From contig JBLNDL010000013.1 of NCBI GenBank assembly GCA_050261575.1, forward strand, positions 46,073 to 66,072: a DNA stretch of 20,000 nucleotides. The letters run 5' to 3'. Position numbers and translations under genes: made by a program. Within the stretch, counting starts at the first letter, position 1, and each line of letters starts with the position of its first letter. Below, piece by piece: positions 7,970 to 16,333 of this stretch. The DNA comes from Sphingomonadaceae bacterium. GTDB lineage: Bacteria > Chloroflexota > UBA6077. The notes below the pieces were generated by a model, which searched no databases, was not told where the DNA came from, and saw only the letters and a list, made by a program, of their open reading frames with translations.

Positions 7970-10033
7970 CTACTTCTCTTGCTCCTTTTCCTTCTTGGCC
8001 TCGGCGATGACCTGCTGCGCCACGTGAGCCGGGACTTCTTCGTAGCCCGCGAACTTCGTGGTGAACTTGCCTCGCGCTCCCGTGATGGAGCGCAGGTCCG
8101 TTGCGTAGCGGCGGACCTCCGCGTAGGGGGCCTTGGCCTGGATGGTGGTGAAGCCATCCTCCGGGGTCATCCCCAGCACCTGGGCGCGCTTCCCGTTTAG
8201 GTCGCCGATGATGTCCCCCGTGTAGGCGTCCGGCACGGTAATGGCCATCTCCACGACCGGCTCCAGCAGCACTGGCTTCGCATCCATCGCAGCCTTCTTG
8301 AAGCCCATGGAGGCCGCGATCTTGAAGGACATTTCGTTTGAGTCCACCGGATGGTAGGAGCCGTCGTACAGAATGGCCTTGACGTCTACCATCGGGAAGC
8401 CGGCCAGGACCCCTTCCTGCATCGCCTCTCGCACGCCCTTCTCCACGGCCGGTATGAAGTTCTTGGGCACGGCGCCACCGACGATCCGGTCCTCGAAGAC
8501 GAAGTCGCTGCCGCGGGGCAACGGCTCGAGCTCCAACCAGGTGTCGCCGAACATGCCGTGGCCACCGGTCTGCTTCTTGTAGCGTCCCTGGGCCTTGGCC
8601 GATGCGGTGATCGTCTCCCTGTAGGCGACCTTCGGCTCGGCGATGTTGACGTCGACGCCGAACTTCCGCTTCATCCGCTCGACGGCGATGTCGATGTGGG
8701 ATTCACCCATGCCCGACATCAGGGTGTCGCCCGTTTCGGTGTTCTTCTCGACCCGAAGGGTCGGGTCCTCCTCGGTCATGCGGGTTAGAGCCGGACCGAG
8801 CTTGTCGAGGTCGGCCTTGGTCTTGGGGGAGATGGCGGCCGAGAAGACCGGCTCGGGGAAGACGATGCCGGCCAGTTGCACCGGGTTCTCCTTGGTGGTG
8901 ATGGTGTCTCCCGTCGAGGTCTCCTGCAGCTTGGCCACGGCGCCCATGTCGCCCGTAGTGACCCTGGGGACGGGATCCTGCCGCTTGCCCGTGAGCATGT
9001 AGAGCTGCCCGATCCGCTCCTCTCTGGCCCGGTTGGGGTTCCAGATGTGGGAATCGGACTGCAACGTGCCCGAGTAGACCCGGAAGTAGTTGAGCCGGCC
9101 GACGTAGGGGTCTGAGACCGTCTTCCACACGAGGGCGGACAGTTGGCCCTTGTCGATCAGCGCCTGAACTGGAAGCTCGCCGTCGGTGGTGCGGACGGTG
9201 ACCTCCATCGGGGATGGGATGTAGTCCACTATGGCATCCAGCAGATCGGACACGGCCTTATTGGCCAGGGCGGAGCCGCAAAGCACCGGGAAGAGGGACC
9301 TGGCCTTGACACCGCCACGGAGGACCCGCTGGAGTTCCTCGTTGGAGATCTCCTCGCCCTCCAGGTACTTGTTGATAAGCTCGTCGTCCAACTCGACGAC
9401 GGTCTCGATCAGGGCGTCGCGCTGGGCCTGAGCCTCGTCTCGCAGCTCCGCAGGAATCTCCTGCGCCGGCGACTTGTCGTCCGTCTTGACGGTCATGGTC
9501 AAGAGATCGACGATCCCCTTGAAGTTCTGCTGAGAGCCGACCGGAATCTGAAGGGGAACGACACCCTTGCCGAACCTGGTGCGCAGGCTCTGCAGAACGG
9601 CGTCAAAGTTGGCGTTCTCCCGCTCCATCTTGTTGACAAAGAAGATCCTTGGCACGCCGTTCTTCTCCGCCTCCTGCCAGGCGGTCTCGGTGCCAACCTC
9701 GAGGCCGGAGACGGCGTCCACCACAATCACAGCCCCATCGACGACGCGCATGGCTTGGACGACCTCACCGATGAAGTCGGCGTAGCCAGGGGTATCGAGG
9801 ACGTTTACCTTGTGATCTCGCCACTCGCATGGGGCGAGGGCGGTGCTCACTGAGATGTGCCTCTTGATCTCGTCGGGATCGTAGTCGGTGGTGGTTGTAC
9901 CCTCCTCCACCTTCCCCAGGCGGGTGATGGCTCCACTCTGGAACAGCATCGCCTCGGCCAGTGAGGTCTTACCGGCACCACCATGAGAGAAGAGGCCTAC
10001 GTTGCGGATCTGTTCCGCCTGGTATTCTTTCAT
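7970..10033 (-). CDS. fusA: Elongation factor G paralog (EF-G2 / EFG II type)
   Basis: Five-domain EF-G with motifs SHGGAGKTS, DTPGY, NKME, GMGESH, VAYRETI, KKQTGGHG and DGSYHPVDS. ATG at 10033 with SD AAGGAG. Not in the rpsL-rpsG-tuf operon. Confidence 0.93.
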   Translation of the reverse strand: MKEYQAEQIRNVGLFSHGGAGKTSLAEAMLFQSGAITRLGKVEEGTTTTDYDPDEIKRHISVSTALAPCEWRDHKVNVLDTPGYADFIGEVVQAMRVVDGAVIVVDAVSGLEVGTETAWQEAEKNGVPRIFFVNKMERENANFDAVLQSLRTRFGKGVVPLQIPVGSQQNFKGIVDLLTMTVKTDDKSPAQEIPAELRDEAQAQRDALIETVVELDDELINKYLEGEEISNEELQRVLRGGVKARSLFPVLCGSALANKAVSDLLDAIVDYIPSPMEVTVRTTDGELPVQALIDKGQLSALVWKTVSDPYVGRLNYFRVYSGTLQSDSHIWNPNRAREERIGQLYMLTGKRQDPVPRVTTGDMGAVAKLQETSTGDTITTKENPVQLAGIVFPEPVFSAAISPKTKADLDKLGPALTRMTEEDPTLRVEKNTETGDTLMSGMGESHIDIAVERMKRKFGVDVNIAEPKVAYRETITASAKAQGRYKKQTGGHGMFGDTWLELEPLPRGSDFVFEDRIVGGAVPKNFIPAVEKGVREAMQEGVLAGFPMVDVKAILYDGSYHPVDSNEMSFKIAASMGFKKAAMDAKPVLLEPVVEMAITVPDAYTGDIIGDLNGKRAQVLGMTPEDGFTTIQAKAPYAEVRRYATDLRSITGARGKFTTKFAGYEEVPAHVAQQVIAEAKKEKEQEK

Positions 10034-10098
10034 TCGGTGCTCCTTCCGCCATATCCTGGAAGGGGCGCAACCCGCCCATTCCGAGTGTCCAAAACGCA

Positions 10099-10107
10099 AT
10101 TATACCA
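10099..10107 (-). promoter_or_regulatory. Extended -10 promoter for EF-G2
   Basis: The minus strand reads TGGTATAAT, a perfect TGnTATAAT, about 65 nt upstream of the start codon. Confidence 0.7.
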
Positions 10108-10140
10108 AACGGCGGCCCGGAGCGTTGGAGCCCGGCCGCG

Positions 10141-10170
10141 TTGGTCGGCCCGCCAGTCCTATGGTAAAAT
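10141..10170 (+). promoter_or_regulatory. Promoter for yebC-ruvC-ruvA
   Basis: TTGGTC, 18-bp spacer, TAAAAT with extended TG (TGGTAAAAT 10162-10170). Divergent from the EF-G2 promoter. Confidence 0.6.
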
Positions 10171-10208
10171 AACGCCTGAGCACAGGTGGGAAGGGAGGTG
10201 AGGTCGCT

Positions 10209-10973
10209 ATGTCTGGACATTCCAAATGGGCACAGATCAAGAGACAGAAGGGCGCCAACGACACCAAGCGAGGCGCTCTGTTCACGAAGCTAGGCCGCGA
10301 GATAACGGTTGCCGCGCGCGACGGCGGGGGGGATCCTAACGCCAACTTCCGCCTGCGGCTTGCGATCCAGCGGGCTCGCGAGAACAACATGCCGATGGAG
10401 AACATCGAGCGCGCGATCAAGCGTGGGACCGGCGGAGGTGAGGGCGCCGCGCTCGAGGAGATAGTGTACGAGGGATACGGAGCCGGTGGAGCCGCTATAA
10501 TGGTGGAGGCGATGACCGACAACCGCAACCGCGCCGCAGCGGAGGTGCGGGCGGCTTTCACCCGACACGGGGGCACCCTCGGGGAGAGCGGCTGCGTATC
10601 GTGGCTGTTCGACTCGAAGGGGGTGATCTCCATCGACGCGGGCGGCAAGGACCCGGATGAGTTGGCGTTGATGGCCATCGATGCGGGTGCCGAGGACGTG
10701 AAGGTGGAGGATCGCTCCATCGAGGTATACACCGAACCTGCCGATCTGGAGACTGTGAGGCAGGCCCTGGAGTCGAGGAAGATCGACATCACCAATTCCG
10801 AAGTCGCCATGATCCCCAAGACGACTCTGGAACTGGATCCCAAGACCACAATGACCGTGATGAAGTTGATGGAGCGCCTGGAGGAGTTGGACGACGTCCA
10901 GAGGGTCTACTCCAACATCGAGGTCTCTGAGGCGGCCTTGGCGGAGTACTCCGAGCTTGGCGACAGGAAGTAG
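10209..10973 (+). CDS. yebC: YebC/PmpR (TACO1) family protein
   Basis: Reads MSGHSKWAQIKRQKG, with YEGYG, TDNRNR and LEELDDVQRVYSN. Strong SD GGAGGTGAGG. Confidence 0.97.
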   Translation: MSGHSKWAQIKRQKGANDTKRGALFTKLGREITVAARDGGGDPNANFRLRLAIQRARENNMPMENIERAIKRGTGGGEGAALEEIVYEGYGAGGAAIMVEAMTDNRNRAAAEVRAAFTRHGGTLGESGCVSWLFDSKGVISIDAGGKDPDELALMAIDAGAEDVKVEDRSIEVYTEPADLETVRQALESRKIDITNSEVAMIPKTTLELDPKTTMTVMKLMERLEELDDVQRVYSNIEVSEAALAEYSELGDRK

Positions 10974-11472
10974 GCGTATCGTCCTCGGCGTAGACCCGGG
11001 GACCGCCATCCTGGGGTATGGCGTCGTCGCGACGACGGGTGAGACCCTGGAGGCCGTGGAGTACGGCGCGCTGACGACACCGGCCTACCTTCCTCTCACT
11101 TCCCGCCTTCTGATGCTGTTCGAAGGGCTGACCGAGATAATCGGGAGGGTTTCGCCCACCGAGGTCGCTGTCGAACAGCTCTTCTTTTCGAGGAACGTCC
11201 AGTCGGCTTTCGCCGTGGGCCAGGCCAGGGGAGTGGCCCTCTTGGCCGCCGCGCGATGCGGGCTTCCAGTCAGCGAGTACACGCCCCAGCAAGTGAAGCA
11301 GGCGGTGGCCGGGTACGGGAAGGCCACCAAGAACCAGGTGCAGAGTATGGTGCAGGTGATGCTGGCTCTGAGAGACATACCCCGGCCCGACGATGCGGCC
11401 GATGCCCTGGCGATTGCGATCTGCCACTCCAGATGGAACGAGACTCTCGGCGGGGGGAGGGTGGACCTGTGA
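10957..11472 (+). CDS. ruvC: Holliday junction resolvase RuvC
   Basis: Motifs LGVDPG, VAVEQLFF, GQARGV, EYTPQQVKQAV, GYGKATK and DDAADALAIAICH. TTG start overlaps yebC. Confidence 0.97.
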   Translation: MATGSRRIVLGVDPGTAILGYGVVATTGETLEAVEYGALTTPAYLPLTSRLLMLFEGLTEIIGRVSPTEVAVEQLFFSRNVQSAFAVGQARGVALLAAARCGLPVSEYTPQQVKQAVAGYGKATKNQVQSMVQVMLALRDIPRPDDAADALAIAICHSRWNETLGGGRVDL

Positions 11473-12056
11473 TCGCGGGGCTTCGCGGGGTGGTGGAGGA
11501 AATTGGCGCCGATAACCTGCTGGTGAACGTCGGGGGTGTTATCTACCGGGTCTTCACCTCTTCGGCAACCCTGTCGTCCGCCACCACGCCCGGGTCGCCG
11601 ATCAACCTCCACACTCATTTCCAGTTGCGGGAGGACGTAGCCACCCTCTACGGCTTCTCCAGCCGGGCGGAACTGCAGATGTTTCAGTTGCTCCTGACTG
11701 TCGGCAGCGTGGGGCCTCGTAGCGCCCTGGCGCTGCTGTCTGCGATGTCCGTCGACGAGCTAGCGACCGCCATCGCATCCGAGGATATCGCGAGACTGAG
11801 CAGCGTCACAGGGATCGGGAAGCGGACGGCCGCCCGCATCGCGCTCGAGTTGAAGGGCAAGGTGGGGCAGATGGAGGCCGGCGGAGGGCCGATGCTTGGC
11901 TCCGGAAACAGCGGTCAGCTCGTGGCCGCGCTCACCGCCCTCGGTTACAGCAACTCCGAGGCGGCTTCCGCCGTCCGATCCATTCCGAACCTAGCGGCGC
12001 TCGAGCTGGAAGAGGCATTGCGTGAGGCGCTGCGGGTCCTCTCTTCGGGCAGGTAG
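11469..12056 (+). CDS. ruvA: Holliday junction branch migration protein RuvA
   Basis: Reads (M)IAGLRG...VGGVIY, LYGF, HhH motifs VGSVGPRSA and GIGKRTA, and ALTALGYS. GTGA overlap with ruvC. Confidence 0.96.
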   Translation: MIAGLRGVVEEIGADNLLVNVGGVIYRVFTSSATLSSATTPGSPINLHTHFQLREDVATLYGFSSRAELQMFQLLLTVGSVGPRSALALLSAMSVDELATAIASEDIARLSSVTGIGKRTAARIALELKGKVGQMEAGGGPMLGSGNSGQLVAALTALGYSNSEAASAVRSIPNLAALELEEALREALRVLSSGR

Positions 12057-12157
12057 CCTCACTTTCTGGTTCGTTCTGTAGGTGGAGGACGGGCTTTGCC
12101 ACGCACGCCGGCAGATCAGCAAGGCCCACGACTCCGGATGGCACGGCTTTCCGTAGC

Positions 12158-12186
12158 TTGTCCGCGAGTGTCTGGTCGTGTAGAAT
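12158..12186 (+). promoter_or_regulatory. Putative sigma-A promoter for the hypothetical gene
   Basis: TTGTCC, 17-bp spacer, TAGAAT. Confidence 0.6.
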
Positions 12187-12217
12187 CTTCGGCTAGCAAA
12201 TGGGAGGAATCTGCGCG

Positions 12218-12799
12218 ATGGCAGACAGAGGGAAACGAAGCAAGGCCGAGATCGACGAGTTCGATGAAGCGAGGTTCCCCGAGGTAGAGGAGAGGCCCGC
12301 TGCCGTAGAGGAGGATGGTGCGGAGCCCAGGGAAGTGGCGGAGGAAGTCCGCTACTTCATCGATCCCCAATGGTACGAGGATAAGGGGATGGTGTTCAGC
12401 GCGGTTGCCCAGAGCCGGCTGTGCTACTCTTGCGCAGCGAAGCTGGGCACCTTCGTGGAGGAGCGCTACCCCGTGATCGACCCCAAGACGAAGAGGGTCA
12501 CCTTCGAGAATCGACGGGTTCCCTTCGCCTCCAACCCACTCCCCATCATTCGGGACTGCTGCTCTCGGGCGCGGGACTACATAACGGCGGAAACACCGCT
12601 CCTGGAGGCCGTTTTCCGGGTGTTCCTGGCCAACGGGAATCAGCCGATGAGCATCGCGGCGGTGCGCGAGCACCTGCTGGCCTACCTTCCGGAGATGGCG
12701 GCTTTGAGGTCCGACTACCCTGTGGAGCTGTTGGAGAGGCTGGTCCGGGCCGACACGTCGTACGGGTTCAGGGAGCACAGGGTTCTCGCGACTGCGTAG
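12218..12799 (+). CDS. Hypothetical protein with acidic N-terminus, CxxC plus CC motifs and a possible C-terminal winged helix
   Basis: 193-aa ORF with SD GGGAGGA (12202-12208), its own promoter and GC3-rich codons. Motifs YFIDPQWY, LCYSC, DCCS and AVFRVFLANGNQPMS. Confidence 0.85.
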   Translation: MADRGKRSKAEIDEFDEARFPEVEERPAAVEEDGAEPREVAEEVRYFIDPQWYEDKGMVFSAVAQSRLCYSCAAKLGTFVEERYPVIDPKTKRVTFENRRVPFASNPLPIIRDCCSRARDYITAETPLLEAVFRVFLANGNQPMSIAAVREHLLAYLPEMAALRSDYPVELLERLVRADTSYGFREHRVLATA

Positions 12800-12804
12800 A
12801 CGAC

Positions 12805-12857
12805 GAGGACTGAGGGCCGAGAAGAACAGACTCAGCCCCCAGTCCTCAGTCCCAGGT
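12805..12857. repeat. Heptamer-periodic inverted repeat (CTCAGTC type) between convergent genes
   Basis: GAGGACTGAGGGCCGAG (12805-12821) pairs with CTCAGCCCCCAGTCCTC (12831-12847) at 15/17 positions. Units are CTCAGCC CCCAGTC CTCAGTC. Confidence 0.65.
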
Positions 12858-12866
12858 CGTGGTAGT

Positions 12867-13733
12867 CTATAGACTCAACCCCTTCAGGTACGCCCGAAAC
12901 TCGCTGCTCAGGTCGTCCCGCTTGAGGGCGAAATCCACAGTCGCCTGCAGGAACTCCAGCTTGTTGCCGGCGTCGTACCGCCGGCCTTCGAACTCCAGTG
13001 CCAGCACCTTCTGGCGCCGCATCAACGACTTGATCGCATCGGAGAGCCAGATCTCCCCACCCTTACCCGCTGGCGTCGCTTCCAGCTCCTCGAAGATCTC
13101 GGGCGTCAAGATGTATCCCTTTACCGCGGCCAGATCGGATGGCGCCGATTCCAGAGAAGGCTTCTCCACCAGGTCCAGCACCTCGTAGACCCGATCCTCG
13201 ATGGGCTTAGCGCCGATCACACCGTACTTGGGTATGCTCGCTCGCGGCACCCTCATGACCGCCATGACCGAAGTATGGTACTGCTCATACACCCGGATGA
13301 GCTGCTGCAGACACGGAACCTCGGCGTCGACCAGGTCATCGCCCCACAAAACGGCGAATGGCTCGTTGCCGATCACCTCCTTGGCGACCAGGACTGCGTG
13401 TCCGTTGCCCAGTGGCTGCTTCTGGCGGACGTAGACGAAGTTGGCCAGCTCCGACAGCCGCTCGACCTCGTTCAGCTCCTCCAGCTTGTTCCCCAGCTTC
13501 AGCCGGTGGGCCAGCTCGAATGGATAGTCAAAGTGGTCCTCGATGGCGCGCTTGCTCTGGCCGGTGATGATGACGATCTGCTCGATGCCCGAGTCGACGG
13601 CCTCTTCGACGATGTACTGGATGACGGGCTTGTCGACGATGGGGAGCATTTCCTTGGGCTGCGCCTTAGTGGCCGGAAGGAAGCGGGTGCCAAGCCCCGC
13701 TGCGGGGATCACGGCCTTGCGAACCTTCTTCAA
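12867..13733 (-). CDS. galU: UTP--glucose-1-phosphate uridylyltransferase
   Basis: Reads KAVIPAAGLGTRFLPATKAQPKEMLPIVDKP, with QKQPLGNGHAV and VEKP. TTG start with SD AAGGAGG. Confidence 0.97.
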   Translation of the reverse strand: MKKVRKAVIPAAGLGTRFLPATKAQPKEMLPIVDKPVIQYIVEEAVDSGIEQIVIITGQSKRAIEDHFDYPFELAHRLKLGNKLEELNEVERLSELANFVYVRQKQPLGNGHAVLVAKEVIGNEPFAVLWGDDLVDAEVPCLQQLIRVYEQYHTSVMAVMRVPRASIPKYGVIGAKPIEDRVYEVLDLVEKPSLESAPSDLAAVKGYILTPEIFEELEATPAGKGGEIWLSDAIKSLMRRQKVLALEFEGRRYDAGNKLEFLQATVDFALKRDDLSSEFRAYLKGLSL

Positions 13734-13782
13734 GTTGCGGCCTCCTTTGACACTCAGTTGTGAAGAAAGTGGTGACCTGAGT

Positions 13783-14943
13783 CTATCGAGGATCGGCCAC
13801 CGAGTTGGTCACGGATTCGCCGTTGCCCTGGCCTTCCGCCACGGCCTGCCACGCCGGCTCCTCCAATCTCTGCTCCAGGTGGTGCTTCCGCTCCTCGACG
13901 GTCATTCGATAGAAGGAAACCATGGCGACGATGACGCCAGCAACAGGAACGGCAAAGACTGCGCCCCAAGCGCCTGCCAGCTCCGCGCCAACCAGCAGGG
14001 CAACCAGCACTAGGAGAGGATGCATGCCTACGCTCTTGCTCATCACCCGTGGGGCTATCACGTTGAGCACCAACTGCTGGAGCAGGAGCAGCAGGAGGAA
14101 GACCCACCACGTCCGCTCGGGATGCACGAAGAGAGAGATGGCAACGGGCAGCACGATGGCGAGAATGGGGCCGATGAACGGGATCATCATGATCGCCGTC
14201 GCGAAGATGGCGGCCACGGCTACGTAGCTCAGGTCGGCTGCCACCATGATCGCTGCCGTGCCGGCACCGTAGACCAGTCCCTGAATCAACTGTCCGCGGA
14301 TGAAGCCCCCGAAAGCTCGATGGGTGCTGTAGACGAGATAGTAGACTTCGTCCCTTCTGTCTGCCGGGACAGCGCGGAAGAGAGCGGCCATGAAGCGGCT
14401 TCCGTCCAGCATGATGTAGAACGAGATGATCAGGAGTAGGACCAGCCTGAGCAGGAGGTTTGCGACCCCGGTGGCAAGGCCAACAGCGTTGTTGACGATC
14501 GCCGGCCCCATCGACTCCACGCGCCGTGCTGCCTCGCGGTAATCCAGCAACGTCGCGGTATCCAGGACGACGCCGTGCTCCGCGAGCCAGTATTGGAACG
14601 AGGCGATCCAGGAGAAGATGTTGGCCGCGTAGTCCGGGAGGCTGGTGCCGATCTGAGACACCTGGATGGCGACCATGGGGACGAGCAACAGGATGAGCAG
14701 GCTCAGGACGACGAGCAGGCCCAGGTAGACGATGGCGACCGCCAGCCCGCGGTTCACGCGGGATCGAGCCTCCAGGAAGTAGGTCAGCGGCTCCAGGGCG
14801 AAGGACACAAGCCAGGCCAACACCAGCAGCAGCAGGATGTCGGCGAAACGGACGGCCAGTGCCCAGGCGAGTCCGGCGAGGTAGCTGGCGGCGATCACCA
14901 CCAGGAGCACGATAAGGGCCTTCAGCCAGGGGTCTCGACTCAA
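13783..14943 (-). CDS. AI-2E family (UPF0118/PerM) transporter
   Basis: Multiple TM segments, GGFIRGQL, IPFIGP, PRVMSKSVGMHP and GAVFAVPVA. TTG start at 14943 is preferred over 15039 because of a GGAG SD and a promoter at 14984-14992. The start remains uncertain. Confidence 0.88.
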   Translation of the reverse strand: MSRDPWLKALIVLLVVIAASYLAGLAWALAVRFADILLLLVLAWLVSFALEPLTYFLEARSRVNRGLAVAIVYLGLLVVLSLLILLLVPMVAIQVSQIGTSLPDYAANIFSWIASFQYWLAEHGVVLDTATLLDYREAARRVESMGPAIVNNAVGLATGVANLLLRLVLLLIISFYIMLDGSRFMAALFRAVPADRRDEVYYLVYSTHRAFGGFIRGQLIQGLVYGAGTAAIMVAADLSYVAVAAIFATAIMMIPFIGPILAIVLPVAISLFVHPERTWWVFLLLLLLQQLVLNVIAPRVMSKSVGMHPLLVLVALLVGAELAGAWGAVFAVPVAGVIVAMVSFYRMTVEERKHHLEQRLEEPAWQAVAEGQGNGESVTNSVADPR

Positions 14944-14983
14944 GAGGAGGCGGCTCCAACTCTTATTGTGGTTACGTGGCGAG

Positions 14984-14992
14984 ATTCTAGCA
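14984..14992 (-). promoter_or_regulatory. Extended -10 promoter for the AI-2E transporter-galU unit
   Basis: The minus strand reads TGCTAGAAT. Confidence 0.55.
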
Positions 14993-15037
14993 CCCTCTGT
15001 AAGTGTTTTGCGAGAAGGCGCTGCTAAAAGTTGCCCC

Positions 15038-15463
15038 ATGAATACCTATCACATCCTTCTGGCAGACCCAAACCCGGTCGTACGGAAACTGCTGGCGGTG
15101 ATTCTGGACGGCAGCCGGTATCGATTGAGCTTCGCCTCGAACGGAGAGGAGGCCCTGGGCATCGCCCTGGTGGATCCTCCGGACCTGGTGATTTCGGAGG
15201 TGCGGCTCGAGCGGCTGGACGGCATCGCCCTGTGCCAGCAGTTGAAGCAGCAGCCGAGGGGCAATCGTACCAAGGTTCTCATCCTCACCACTTCCACATC
15301 CGAGTGGGACATGCGGCGTGCGCGGCGCGCCGGCGCCGAATGGTACATGACCAAGCCGTTCAGCCCTGCTGTGCTCATGCGGCACGTGGAAGAAGCGGCG
15401 GAGGAGAAGGAGACCGGGAAGAGCGAGGTCCAGGGCACGCTCGTCGATCTTCAGACCAGCTAG
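15038..15463 (+). CDS. Single-domain response regulator receiver, atypical (Glu at the phosphoacceptor position)
   Basis: CheY-like pattern ILLADPN, ASNGEEAL, PDLVISEV, LDGIALC, VLILT, GAEWYMTKPF. No output domain and no clear SD. Confidence 0.85.
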   Translation: MNTYHILLADPNPVVRKLLAVILDGSRYRLSFASNGEEALGIALVDPPDLVISEVRLERLDGIALCQQLKQQPRGNRTKVLILTTSTSEWDMRRARRAGAEWYMTKPFSPAVLMRHVEEAAEEKETGKSEVQGTLVDLQTS

Positions 15464-15465
15464 TC

Positions 15466-16104
15466 TCACATCTTCGAGGCCACCGTAACGGCCTCAATGT
15501 TCTCCACCCTGAACATCATCACCCGCTTCTTCTGCCGACATCGTCCCACCAGATACCAGGCACCAAGGTAGGGCATCAGCAGATGGGGCTCGACGATGGG
15601 ATCGGGCAGGGCTGCGCCGGCCTTGGAGGAGAGGTGCAGCCGCACCGGTCGCTTGTCGAAGAGGGCCTCGGTCAGGGCGAGGAAGACCCTCTCCTGGAGG
15701 GCCGGTTCTGGATTCCCCAACGACTCCAAGCTCTTTCGGATGAGAGGCTGCAAGTGCAGGGGAAAGACCGCTGGCAGCTTGGAGAGGAGGGATCGGAGCG
15801 GTTCCGGCGGGATCGAGCGATCCTGAGCGGCGACCTTCAGCGCCGACACTAGGGCCCGGGCTTCCGAGAAGGAGAAGTCCAGCACGACGTGGTCGTCGCC
15901 GGCCAGGAAGCGGTAGCCCTTCCGGCGAACGAGCGGGAAGCGGAGTTCCTCCCGGATGACGCGCAGGTCCTCCTGGACCTGGCGCTCACTGAGGGCATAG
16001 CGCTCGGCGAGCCTGCGGCGGCTGGTGCCGGGGTTCTCGGCGATGTGCTCGATGATCGCCCAGATGCGACTGAGCCGGTCGATTGCGAGTTGATCCCGTT
16101 CCAC
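15466..16104 (-). CDS. HTH-WYL domain transcriptional regulator, short form lacking WCX
   Basis: N-terminal HTH (LAERYALSERQVQEDL...GY) and WYL domain (IVEPHLL...WYLVGRC...MFRVENI). GTG start with SD GAGAGGTGA. Confidence 0.9.
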   Translation of the reverse strand: MERDQLAIDRLSRIWAIIEHIAENPGTSRRRLAERYALSERQVQEDLRVIREELRFPLVRRKGYRFLAGDDHVVLDFSFSEARALVSALKVAAQDRSIPPEPLRSLLSKLPAVFPLHLQPLIRKSLESLGNPEPALQERVFLALTEALFDKRPVRLHLSSKAGAALPDPIVEPHLLMPYLGAWYLVGRCRQKKRVMMFRVENIEAVTVASKM

Positions 16105-16166
16105 CGTGCGCGGTCACCTCTCGGGGAATTGCTCGCAGGTTCGATGCGGCCGCGGGGAAGACTGAC

Positions 16167-16217
16167 AAAACAAAAACCGCGGTCAACCACATCGAGATGG
16201 GTCCGGTCGACCAGCGG
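16167..16217 (-). terminator. Putative intrinsic terminator downstream of the tRNA operon
   Basis: Minus-strand stem CCGC(T)GGTCGACC...GGTTGACCGCGG followed by TTTTTGTTTT. Confidence 0.6.
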
Positions 16218-16333
16218 CCAGCCGTCCACCGACGCGGGCCCAACCCACCGGTGGATACCCCGTGCGTAGACGACTCCGAAAGGCTGCCTGCCACAACAAG
16301 AATGCCGAGGGCAGTCAGACGACTCCACGTCAA

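Noticed and set aside
14944..15039. ORF-track N-terminal extensions of the AI-2E transporter (15039) and the receiver (14966)
   Set aside because: They would make the divergent genes overlap head-to-head. A promoter and SD support the shorter transporter start, and the receiver fold begins at 15038.
16177..16192. T-box-like sequence TGGTTGACCGCGG on the minus strand
   Set aside because: It lacks the exact UGGNACC bulge and a stem I, and it forms the 3' arm of the terminator rather than preceding it.
16268..16326. Possible mini-CRISPR (direct repeat with 39-nt spacer) next to a WYL gene
   Set aside because: The repeat is only 10 bp with two copies, and there are no cas genes in the window.
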